A DNA stretch of 36,859 nt from Cyanophora paradoxa CCMP329 (lineage: Eukaryota > Plantae > Glaucophyta): contig QPMI01000438.1 in assembly GCA_004431415.1 (NCBI GenBank), positions 1 to 36,859 on the forward strand, read 5' to 3'. The stretch's first letter is position 1; the number at the start of each line of letters is the position of its first letter. Under the pieces are notes generated by a model. It did no database searches and was not told the DNA's origin. It saw nothing but the letters and a program-made list of their open reading frames with translations. This document shows, one piece after another, positions 12,666 to 22,118 of this stretch. Position numbers and translations under genes: made by a program.

Positions 12666-12829
12666 AACCGCGCCGGCTGGTTACCCAATTTTTCCGAATT
12701 GTACTCAACCGCGCCGGCTGGTTACCCAATGGTTCCGAATTTCACTCAACCGCGCCGACTGGTTACCGAATGGTTCCGAATTTCACTCAACCGCGCCGGC
12801 TGGTTACCCAATGTTTCCGACTTTTACCG
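12666..12829 (+). repeat. Left subterminal array, 4 x 41 bp
   Basis: aaccgcgccggctggttacccaat(t/g)..ttccgaatt..actc units start at 12666, 12707, 12748 and 12789. Confidence 0.92.
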
Positions 12830-13649
12830 AGGTCCCGGCTTGGAGCTCAGCTAGCCGGCTAGCATACCTAAGAGGCGGTCACCGGGTAGAGATGCATGGC
12901 GCGCGCTGGCGCTCAGAGCGGGAGCGGCAGAGCCGCGCTCTCCCGTCGACGTTTCTCCCGTCGCTAGTAGCCTAGTAGTAGCCGTTGCTGCATGCTCTAG
13001 CTAGTAGCAGCATGCAGCCGTAAACGAGCTGGCACGCCTCGCGAAGGTGCGTCCCGAAGGAAGGCCCAGAGACCGCACGGTGCGTCTTTCCTTGCTTGTG
13101 GGCTTTTGCTCTGCCTCGTAGGTCACGAAGCTTCGTCGTTCTCTCGCTCGCTCGGCAGCTCTCCGTGGCGAAGGCATGCGGGGCGGCCGCGGACGGCCGC
13201 GGTGCGTGCACGTGGTTCCCGTGCCTGGAGGGCTTCTGCTCTCCCTCGCGGCTCACGCAGGTCACAGGGACGGTTCGAAGATGGCAGATGCGCGGCTCGT
13301 TGGCCGTTGCGCTCGCGTTCGCGCGGATGCTGTTCAGGTCGCCGTCGGATCGGAGCTGTCTCACATGTTTCGGTGTGTAGCGCGGCCGTCGCAACCTCCC
13401 GATCGGCGGTCGCCTCGGGTGCGCCGGCGCCTCGGGCCTGCCAAGCACAGCATTGGAACAGCCACGCGCTCGCGCATGGCTGACGAGGCACAGGCCGCGA
13501 CGCGGCCGCCTCGGATCGTCGCAGTTTGGGAGTGCTTCCACTCCACAGCCTGGGTGAGCCCCTGACGCGATTTGAGCCGGCTGCGCGCGTGCGCGTCGCT
13601 GACAGGGCGCGCAGGTCATACGAAATGCTGGACGCGCCGCTTGCGGGGC

Positions 13650-14560
13650 AGGGCGGCGGCGCGGCGGGCGGCGGCGCGGCTCGCCGCACGGGGCGGAGGC
13701 TCGGCGGGCGGCGACGCGTCTCGCGGGGCGGGGCGGAGGCGCGGCGGGCGGCCTCTCCGCTCGCAGGGCCGCGTCGGCGCGGCTCGCGCGGCGGGGCGGA
13801 GGCGGGGCGGGCGGCAGCTCCGCTCGCGGGCGGCGGCGCGGCTCGTGGGGCGGGGCGGAGGCGCGGCGGGCGGCCTCTCCGCTCGCAGGGCCGCGTCGGC
13901 GCCGCTCGCGCGGCGGGGCGGAGGCGCGGCGGGCTGCAGCTCGGCTCGCGGGCGGCGGCGCGGCTCGTGGGGCGGGGCGGAGGCGCGGCGGGCGGCCTCT
14001 CCGCTCGCAGGGCCGCGTCGGCGCCGCTCGCGCGGCGGGGCGGAGGCGGGGCGGGCGGCAGCTCCGCTCGCGGGCGGCGGCGCGGCTCGTGGGGCGGGGC
14101 GGAGGCGCGGCGGGCGGCGGCGCTGCTCGCCGGGCGGGGCGGAGGCGCGGCGGGATGCGGGGCGGCTCGCGAGGCGCGGCAGACGGCCCCGCGGCTCGCC
14201 AGGACGGGGCGGGAGCGCGGCGGGCGGCGGCGCGGCTCGGCGGGCTGGGCGGAGACACGCCCGGCGGCGACGGAGCTCGCCGGGCGGGTCTGAGGCGCGG
14301 CGGTCGGCGGCGCGGCTCGCCGCACGGGGCGGAGGCGCGGCGGGTGGCGGCGCTGCTCGCCGGGCGGGGCGGAGGCGCGGCGGGCGGCGGCGCGGCTCGC
14401 CGCACGGGGCGGAGGCGCGGCTAGAAGCGGCATCGGGTGCGGCGGGCGGCGGCGCCGCTTCCGGGGTGGGGCGGAGGCGCAGCGGAGGCTCGGCGGGCGG
14501 CTGCGCCGCTAGCAGGGCGGGGCGGGGCGGAGGGGAGGGGCGGGGCGGGGCGGGGAGGGG
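13650..14560 (+). repeat. Left GC-rich modular arm (core ggcggggcggaggcgcggcgggcggc)
   Basis: Many copies of the core alternating with a few spacer types; blocks are near-exact reverse complements of 17270-18425. Confidence 0.9.
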
Positions 14561-14637
14561 CAGGTAGAGAATCGTGTGCGAACCTGCTGATGTCAGGAAG
14601 AGACTCATGTGCAAAATATTGTAACCTCGCCGGGCAG

Positions 14638-17132
14638 AGCCTAGTCGGCGAATATCACCAAGGAAAACATCTTATCTGACAAGTTACATCCGGGCAAGGA
14701 GATGCTCCCGGGGGTTCTTGAGGGTGCTGGATTTGATTCTGAGGTCGTCGTAGGCCCGGCACTAGCTCGTAGCCCTCCGTGCATTATTTGGAGGGCGAGT
14801 CGCCACAATTTTTGGCGGGCTTTTTGGGGCCTTCCCGCGCAGCAGGGCGTGCGAGTAGAAGCCCGGCAGCCGATAGGCAGGTCAAGGCCCTATCTAATAT
14901 GGTACTGAATGACTCACGTCGGTCGGGAGTCGAGTTAGGGAGGCACGGGTGGACTGGGAATCGGCTCTCAAAATTGATCTCGGGATAAATTCAATTAGGG
15001 AGTTGTTCTCACTCGCCGCTGCGCCCGGACGTCCTGAGCTTATAGTTAAACACTCTTCATATACATGTGGGGGCACTGATATTGTCTGCGGGGGCTCATA
15101 GGTGCCACTTACTCGGTATCTGTTTAATGGCATGTAGAGACTCATGATCATGTGCAAAAACTTGCAAGCTCGCCGCGCCGAGCTTAAAAGCACGAATGAG
15201 CTTGTAAGAACGTCAGATTCGGATTCCCCGCCCTCAAAATGGGCGGGGTGGAAAGTTTGGGTAGTCACGGCCCGGGACGACGCGGCGGAGTCGGGTCGAG
15301 TGTGCTACTTGAGTCAGCTAACCTGCCACCAAGAAGCCTAGTCGGCGAATATCACCAAGGAAAACATCTTATCTGACAAGTTACATCCGGGCAAGGAGAT
15401 GCTCCCGGGGGTTCTTGAGGGTGCTGGATTTGATTCTGAGGTCGTCGTAGGCCCGGCACTAGCTCGTAGCCCTCCGTGCATTATTTGGAGGGCGAGTCGC
15501 CACAATTTTTGGCGGGCTTTTTGGGGCCTTCCCGCGCGGCAGGGCGTGCGAGTAGAAGCCCGGCAGCCGATAGGCAGGTCGAGGCCCTATCTAATATGGT
15601 ACTGAATGACTCACGTCGGTCGGGAAATGAGTTAGGGAGGCACGGGTGGACTGGGAATCGGCTCTCAAAATTGATCTCGGGATAAATTCAATTAGGGAGT
15701 TGTTCTCACTCGCCGCTGCGCCCGGACGTCCTGAGCTTATAGTTAAACACTCTTCATATACATGTGGGCGCACTGATATTGTCTGCGGGGGCTCATAGGT
15801 GCCACTTACTCAGTATTTGTTTAATGGCATGTAGAGACTCATGATGCAAAAACTTGCAAGCTCGCCGCGCCGAGCTTAAAAGCACGAATGAGCTTGTAAG
15901 AACGTCAGATTCGGATTCCCCGCCCTCAAAATGGGCGGGGTGGAAAGTTTGGGTAGTCACGGCCCGGGACGACGCGGCGGAGTCGGGTCGAGTGTGCTAC
16001 TTGAGTCAGCTAACCTGCCACCAAGAAGCCTAGTCGGCGAATATCACCAAGGAAAACATCTTATCTGACAAGTTACATCCGGGCAAGGAGATGCTCCCGG
16101 GGGTTCTTGAGGGTGCTGGATTTGATTCTGAGGTCTTCGTAGGCCCGGCACTAGCTCGTAGCCCTCCGTGCATTATTTTGGAGGGCGAGTCGCCACAATT
16201 TTTGGCGGGCTTTTTGGGGCCTTCCCGCGCGGCAGGGCGTGCGAGTAGAAGCCCGGCAGCCGATAGGCAGGTCGAGGCCCTATCTAATATGGTACTGAAT
16301 GACTCACGTCGGTCGGGAAATGAGTTAGGGAGGCACGGGTGGACTGGGAATCGGCTCTCAAAATTGATCTCGGGATAAATTCAATTAGGGAGTTGTTCTC
16401 ACTCGCCGCTGCGCCCGGACGTCCTGAGCTTATAGTTAAACACTCTTCATATACATGTGGGGGCACTGATATTGTCTGCGGGGTCTCATAGGTGCCACTT
16501 ACTCAGTATCTGTTTAATGGCATGTAGAGACTCATGATCATGTGCAAAAACTTGCAAGCTCGCCGCGCCGAGCTTAAAAGCACGAATGAGCTTGTAAGAA
16601 CGTCAGATTCGGATTCCCCGCCCTCAAAATGGGCGGGGTGGAAAGTTTGGGTAGTCACGGCCCGGGACGACGCGGCGGAGTCGGGTCGAGTGTGCTACTT
16701 GAGTCAGCTAACCTGCCACCAAGAAGCCTAGTCGGCGAATATCACCAAGGAAAACATCTTATCTGACAAGTTACATCCGGGCAAGGAGATGCTCCCGGGG
16801 GTTCTTGAGGGTGCTGGATTTGATTCTGAGGTCGTCGTAGGCCCGGCACTAGCTCGTAGCCCTCCGTGCATTATTTGGAGGGCGAGTCGCCACAATTTTT
16901 GGCGGGCTTTTTGGGGCCTTCCCGCGCGGCAGGGCGTGCGAGTAGAAGCCCGGCAGCCGATAGGCAGGTCGAGGCCCTATCTAATATGGTACTGAATGAC
17001 TCACGTCGGTCGGGAAATGAGTTAGGGAGGCACGGGTACCGGTGGACTGGGAATCGGCTCTCAAAATTGATCTCGGGATAAATTCAATAGGGAGTTGTTC
17101 TCACTCGCCGCTGCGCCCGGGCTACCTGAGCT
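14638..17132 (+). repeat. Tandem array, about 697-bp unit x 3.6, near-identical copies
   Basis: Unit starts (agcctagtcggcgaatatcacc) at 14638, 15335, 16027 and 16725 (periods 697, 692, 698); the fourth copy is truncated near 17132. Confidence 0.95.
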
Positions 17133-17269
17133 CTGGCGGAAATGTTCCATCTTAATTATATTCCAACTATATACTATATATACTATATACTATATTCCGT
17201 CAGCTGCGCCTCCCGCTGCCCGCGGCTGAGGCCCGCCGAGCATCCGCCAGCCCCGCAAGCGCCGTCCAC

Positions 17270-18425
17270 CGCCCGGCGCGCCTCCGCCCCGCCCCACGAG
17301 CCGCGCCGCCGCCCGCGAGCGGAGCTGCCACCCGCCCCGCCTCCGCCCCGCCGCGCGAGCTGCGCCGACGCGGCCCTGCGAGCGGAGAGGCCGCCCGCCG
17401 CGCCTCCGCCCCGCCCCACGAGCCGCGCCGCCGCCCGCGAGCCGAGCTGCAGCCCGCCGCGCCTCCGCCCCGCCGCGCAGCGGCCCTGCGAGTGGAGAGG
17501 CCGCCCGCCACGCCTCCGCCCCGCCCCACGAGCCGCGCCGCCGCCCGCGAGCGGAGCTGCCGCCCGCCCCGCCTCCGCCCCGCCGCGCGAGCCGCGCCGA
17601 CGCGGCCCTGCGAGCGGAGAGGCCGCCCGCCGCGCCTCCGCCCCGCCCCGCGAGACGCGTCGCCGCCCGCCGAGCCTCAGACACGCCCGGCGGCGATGCA
17701 GACCCGCCCAGCGAGCTCCGTCGCCGCCGGGCGTGTCTCCACCCAGCCCGCCGAGCCGCGCCGCCGCCCGCCGCGATCCCGCCCCGTCCCGGCGAGCCGC
17801 GGGGTCGTCTGCCGCGCCTCCGCCGCGCCTCGCGAGCCGCGCCGCCGCCCGCCGCGCCTCCGCCCCGCCCGGCGAGCAGCGCCACCGCCCGCCGCGCCTC
17901 CGCCCCGCCCGGCGAGCCGCGCCGCCGCCCGCCGCGCCTCAGACCCGCCCGGCGAGCTCCGTCGCCGCCGGGCGTGTCTCCGCCCAGCCCGCCGAGCCGC
18001 GCCGCCGCCCGCCGCGATCCCGCCCGTCCCGGCGAGCCGCGGGGCCGTCTGCTGCGCCTCCGCCGCGCCTCGCGAGCCGCCCGCCGCCCGCCGCGCCTCC
18101 GCCCCGCCCGGCGAGCAGCGCCGCCACCCGCCGCGCCTCCGCCCCGTGCGGCGAGCCGCGCCGCCGCCCGCCGCGCCTCAGACCCGCCCGGCGAGCTCCG
18201 TCGCCGCCGGGCGTGTCTCCGCCCAGCCCGCCGAGCCGCGCCGCCGCCCGCCGCGATCCCGCCCCGTCCCGGCGAGCCGCGGGGCCGTCTGCCGCGCCTC
18301 GCGAGCCGCCCCGCATCCCGCCGCGCCTCCGCCCCGCCCGGCGAGCAGCGCCGCCGCCCGCCGCGCCTCCGCCCCGCCCGGCGAGCAGCGCCGCCGCCCG
18401 CCGCGCCTCTGCCCCGTGCGGCGAA
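17270..18425 (-). repeat. Right GC-rich modular arm, inverted relative to the left arm
   Basis: Core gccgcccgccgcgcctccgccccgcc; for example 17511-17678 is the reverse complement of about 13696-13865. Confidence 0.9.
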
Positions 18426-19073
18426 CCGCGGCGCCGCCCACGGTGCCTCCTACCCGCCGCGCCGCAGCACGCCCCACACCCACCACCGCCGCCGAATCGG
18501 AGGCGGCGTGCGGTCGATCCAGCAGCCGGCACTGCAATTGCAAACCGTGAGCACTGCGAACGCGTACCGCCGGCCCCGAAGCGCGGCTCGGGCGGCGCAC
18601 CTGAGGGCGATGCGCGCTCTCGGAAGGCTGGATCGGTCCAAGCGCGGCGGCGAACACGCTGAAGCTGCGATCGCGTCGTCTACATGTGCATAAGCATGAC
18701 CACGTCGAATCTCCTCTAATCCGAGAGCTCTGCGTGGGCGGCGGGCCGCCCTCAGCTACATGTACAGGGTTCGGAGCGGATCAGCCTAGAAGCGGGCGCG
18801 GCGGACCGTCTAGAGCTGCACGCGCTTCGCTCGTATCACGCCCACGAACTGCTGGAGTCGAAACTCCGCCTTGGGGGCGCGAGCGCACTGCGGCAGCGGT
18901 CGACGACCCGCGCCTTGATATCCCGTCGACTCGGCCGCACGCGTCGGGCCTCCCGAACCGTTCCTGTGCACCTGCGTGAGCCACGAGGAAGAGCAGGAGC
19001 CTTCTAAGCACGGGAAAGACGCACCGACCGCCCGGAGAAGGTCGCACGAAGGTCGATGCCCGACGATGCTGCT

Positions 19074-19130
19074 GGTCGTCTAGATCTTCGCCCTGCATGC
19101 AGGTCGTCTAGATCTTCGCCCTGCATGCAG
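19074..19130 (+). repeat. Perfect 28-bp tandem duplication
   Basis: ggtcgtctagatcttcgccctgcatgca at 19074 and 19102. Confidence 0.9.
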
Positions 19131-19271
19131 CGCTGCAGCTGGCGATGCGCGCCGCCGCGCCGGCCCGCGGCCTGCAGCTCGCTGCAGATGGAGCCAGTCG
19201 AGCGCCTCCTAGGTATGCTAGCCGAGCTGGAGCTGCGTCGGCTTGCTGGCTAGTAGAACCGAATTTTACTC

Positions 19272-19435
19272 GACCGCGCCGACTGGTTACCGAATTTTTC
19301 CGAATTGTACTAAACCGCGCCGGCTGGTTACCGAATTTTTCCGAATTGTACTGAACCGCGCCGGCTGGCTACCCAATGTTTCCGAATTTTACTCAACCGC
19401 GCCGACTGGTTACCCAATGTTTCCGAATTTTACCC
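19272..19435 (+). repeat. Right subterminal array, 4 x 41 bp, in the same orientation as the left array
   Basis: Units start at 19272, 19313, 19354 and 19395 with the same plus-strand consensus as 12666-12829. Confidence 0.92.
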
Positions 19436-19463
19436 AATGTTTCCGATTTTTACCGAAATCGGT

Positions 19464-19496
19464 GATTTCGGTGCTTGGCGGAAAAGTGCCGGTGTA
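19464..19496 (-). repeat. Right terminal inverted repeat (33 bp)
   Basis: gatttcggtgcttggcggaaaagtgccggtgta, followed directly by GTACCAG. Confidence 0.95.
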
Positions 19497-19503
19497 GTAC
19501 CAG
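19497..19503 (+). repeat. Right target-site duplication GTACCAG
   Basis: Matches 12580-12586. Confidence 0.93.
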
Positions 19504-21429
19504 CAGCACCAGCGGCGGCAGCGCCGGCGGCCCCCACAGCGGCGCCGGCATCGCCGCCGCCCGCATTGCAGCCCCTCGGCGGGTCCTTCTCGCAGCCTTC
19601 GGCAGCACTGGCGGTGCCGGCGGCACCGGCACTGATGTTCACGCACGCGCTGGAGCTGCCGACGGAGGCGCTGCAGCGCGTCGGGCCGCAGCGCCCTGCG
19701 CACGCCCTCCCCGCCCTCGCCCTCTCCCGCGTGCGCCCTCCCACCCGCCCGCCGGCCGCCAGACTCCGCACTGACGCCGGCGCAGAACGACGCGTACATG
19801 ATCGCCTCCCTTGGCACCGCGGGGTACCTCTTCAGGTGCCCCGCACGTCCAGCCGCCGCGCTCCTGGGGCCCTGACGCGGGCGCTCCTGGCGAGGGGCAG
19901 CGTGTACGGGCGGCACGCGCGCTGGGAGCGGTTCGGGCTGATGCGGAGCGACGCGGAGGGGCCTGGGGCGAACCCCCAGTGGCCCACCGCCATCGCCTTC
20001 AGCCTCCACGACAACAACGTCGTTCTCGTCGGCACACAGGTGCCCGCCCGCCCGCTCCTTGCCCTCCAGCTACTTGCTTCTCTCAGATCGCCCCGCGTAG
20101 ACGGGTCGCGTGCGGATCTCAAACCTCAAGAGCCGGCGACCTGTGGTGGAGTGCGCCGCCGGCCTCGGGCCCAGCGGCGAGACGGTGCCCGTGGCAGCGG
20201 TGCTGCCAACGGTCTGCCGGGCGCCCTCGTGGGCGTGGTGGGTGAACCCGGGCCTCCCGGCGCCCCGCCCCGCCCCGCTGGACGCCTCCACCCCCGACCC
20301 CACCGCCGAGGGTCGCTGGATCTACTGCACCTTTGCTGCCTCTGGGACGTGCGTGATTCGACCTGTGCCCCCCTTCCCGCCGACCCGTCCTCGCCTCCAG
20401 CGGGCGGCGCAGAAGCCTGTTGGCACTCTTCATGCCCTCCGCCGAGTTGCTAAACGTGCAGCCGCCTGAGGGCGCCGGCCCCACACCGGACTGCAGTCCG
20501 CCCCTTCCACCTTTCCTATCTCAGCGCGGCGTCTTCTGACCTAGCACGCAGCACTGGCGCAGCTGGACCTCGCGGGGACCGCCCCGCATGGATCCACCGC
20601 CCGCGTCGTCCCCGGCGGTGCGCGCCTCGCCCACCCGCGCCGCTGAGCAAAGAACCCTCCGGGTGCAGGAGTGCATTTCTTCCTGCAGGGGTTTGACCCG
20701 GCGCGGCGCACACCGCCGGCACCACCGCTGCCGCGGCGCCCCGGGGGCCCGCCGCCTCCCCCGCCACTGCCGTTCGGGCTGCCGCCGGTGGACCTCCCGG
20801 AGGAGGAGACACGGCTGGCACAGCTCGTGGCGGTGACCTTTGAGGACCGCCTTGTGCTCGCCCGCCTGCGCCCGCTCCCCGCTGGCCCCGTCCCCATGGC
20901 CCTCCAGATCGTCCACGCCGCGCCCCTTCCCCGGGGCTACACCCGCTTCGAAGCCTCCGCTCTCTCTGCCGATGCAGGTGCCCTTTTCGTCCTCGCCACC
21001 CGGTCGAGGAAAGGGCAGTCCCTACTCGTCTTCGACCTCTCCCCGGGCCCCGCCAACCTCGCCTGGACTCTGCCGCCGGGCCGCCTCGCCCATCCTGCCT
21101 GCACCCTCAACCTACGTGCCGCCATCCGGCCCCGCCTGCGCACCGCCAGCGACGGCTCCCCCGGGGCGCCTCCCGCACCCGTGGATGCCCACATCGCCAC
21201 CTGCCTAGCTGCCTCACCCAAAAACCCCAGTCTGGTGCAACTTCTCACCGGTACCCGAATCTGCTGGACTGACAGTCCCGCAGGTCGCGGTGGGCACGCG
21301 AGGGGGGGCAACAACCCTTCTCCGCATCCCGGAGCCATTCCTGCGCATGCGGGGGCCGCAGCCCTATCTGTAGGCTTGATTTCGAATTCGAAATTGCACC
21401 TCATGAAGCTCGTGTCTCGTATACGTAGC

Positions 21430-21950
21430 TAGTGACCCTGAGCGTAGACCAAGCCCAGCCCTGATGATGAAGCCCTCAAAGTCGAGTCGTAGTCATGAAG
21501 CTAGTGAACACTAATCCCCCGCTAAGCCGAGACCCTCAAGATCCGATTATCATGATCTTGACGTGACTCTGGCCGACTCGGCAAGGGCCTTGTGATCATG
21601 ATGAACTTCAGAAGCACTACGCCGAGCCCCTCAGGCCTAATAATTAAATGATCATGAAGCCTTGAGCTCATGTGGCGGGGCCTCCGACTCGGCGAGGCTC
21701 GCAGAGCCTCGGAGTCGACAGCTTCCTTTCAAGTTTCAAGTTTGGCTCCCTGATTATCACATATGGTGATCATGACTCAGTGACTCGTGATCATGATCAG
21801 TGACCGTCGCACACTGACGACGTCATGCCATGATGGAGGCTCTGAGGTCGAGCCTTACCGTACCCTAGTACTGAGTCATGATCAGGGCCTTGCTGCCTCG
21901 TAACCCCTTGACTCAGTGATCATAATGATCATGTCATGCCGCAGTGCGTA
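21430..21950. other. Non-coding tract dense in short palindromes (tcatga, tgatca) and gactc/gagtc
   Basis: No ORF of 60 aa or more lies within it; tgatcatga or tcatgatca at about 21593, 21649, 21767, 21788 and 21876. Confidence 0.7.
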
Positions 21951-22118
21951 CTAGCTATATACCCATTTCGCCATTCGCGATCGGTGCAAGCTTCAATTGC
22001 AAGGAAAGATTCAAGTCCTTGGCAAGCACAAATAAGGTACATCGTACACTCTTGGCCACTGTGAATCTTTCGTAATGTAGTAAAACCCTGGCAGCAGCTC
22101 CGCCTGCACAGGCGCAAA

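Larger units (their letters stand above)
12587..19496. mobile_element. 6,910-bp foldback-like TIR DNA transposon, apparently non-autonomous
   Basis: Perfect 33-bp TIRs, 7-bp TSD, insertion into a reconstructable exon, subterminal repeat arrays and inverted internal arms. No transposase ORF recognisable. Confidence 0.93.
11071..21432 (+). pseudogene. TOPLESS/TPR-like C-terminal WD40 beta-propeller gene lacking LisH-CTLH-CRA, interrupted by the transposon at 12587-19496
   Basis: Spliced exons give VAALAFSW.DSIVSLHCCGKAQKYHWRR, ALMFTHAL...ALPALALSR|NDAYMIASLG (intron 19731-19785), PTAIAFSLHDNNVVLVGTQ|TGRVRISNLK (intron 20040-20100), LNLRAAIRP and CLAASPKNPS. These are colinear with remembered TPL motifs ISRLIFTNSGNAILAL..WKW, CFALSKNDSYVMSASG, LAFHPQDNNIIAIGMDDSTIQIYNV, NLRLRCRVNP and IAAHPQEPN. 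Removing the element plus one TSD restores the frame: SVEVP-AAPAAAAP. Confidence 0.8.

Noticed and set aside
12666-12829. 41-bp arrays and core-plus-spacer GC arms as a CRISPR array
   Set aside because: Units are contiguous or spacers recur, there are no unique spacers or cas genes, and the context is eukaryotic and intron-rich.
14772-14840. Hairpin plus AATTTTTGG (Sm-site-like) in the 697-bp unit as an snRNA or SL RNA gene array
   Set aside because: No recognisable U snRNA, SL or 5S sequence around it; a short T-rich match is weak evidence. An Rfam search would settle it.
14935-15000. TTAGGG twice per array unit as telomeric repeats
   Set aside because: Isolated hexamers, never in tandem.
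14702-17081. Repeated 60-95 aa ORFs in the tandem array
   Set aside because: Copies differ by frameshifting indels (for example an extra t in copy 3) and show no protein similarity.
12972-18693. Long Arg/Ala/Pro/Gly-rich ORFs (200-500 aa) on both strands of the GC-rich arms
   Set aside because: Open in nearly all frames because the repeats lack A/T; no domain content.
12580-19506. Transposon acting as an introner (TSD starts GT and ends CAG)
   Set aside because: The donor/acceptor pairs at the termini (12580 or 12586 with 19497, 19503 or 19506) change the exon by -1, -7, -10, +5, -1 or -4 nt; none preserves frame.
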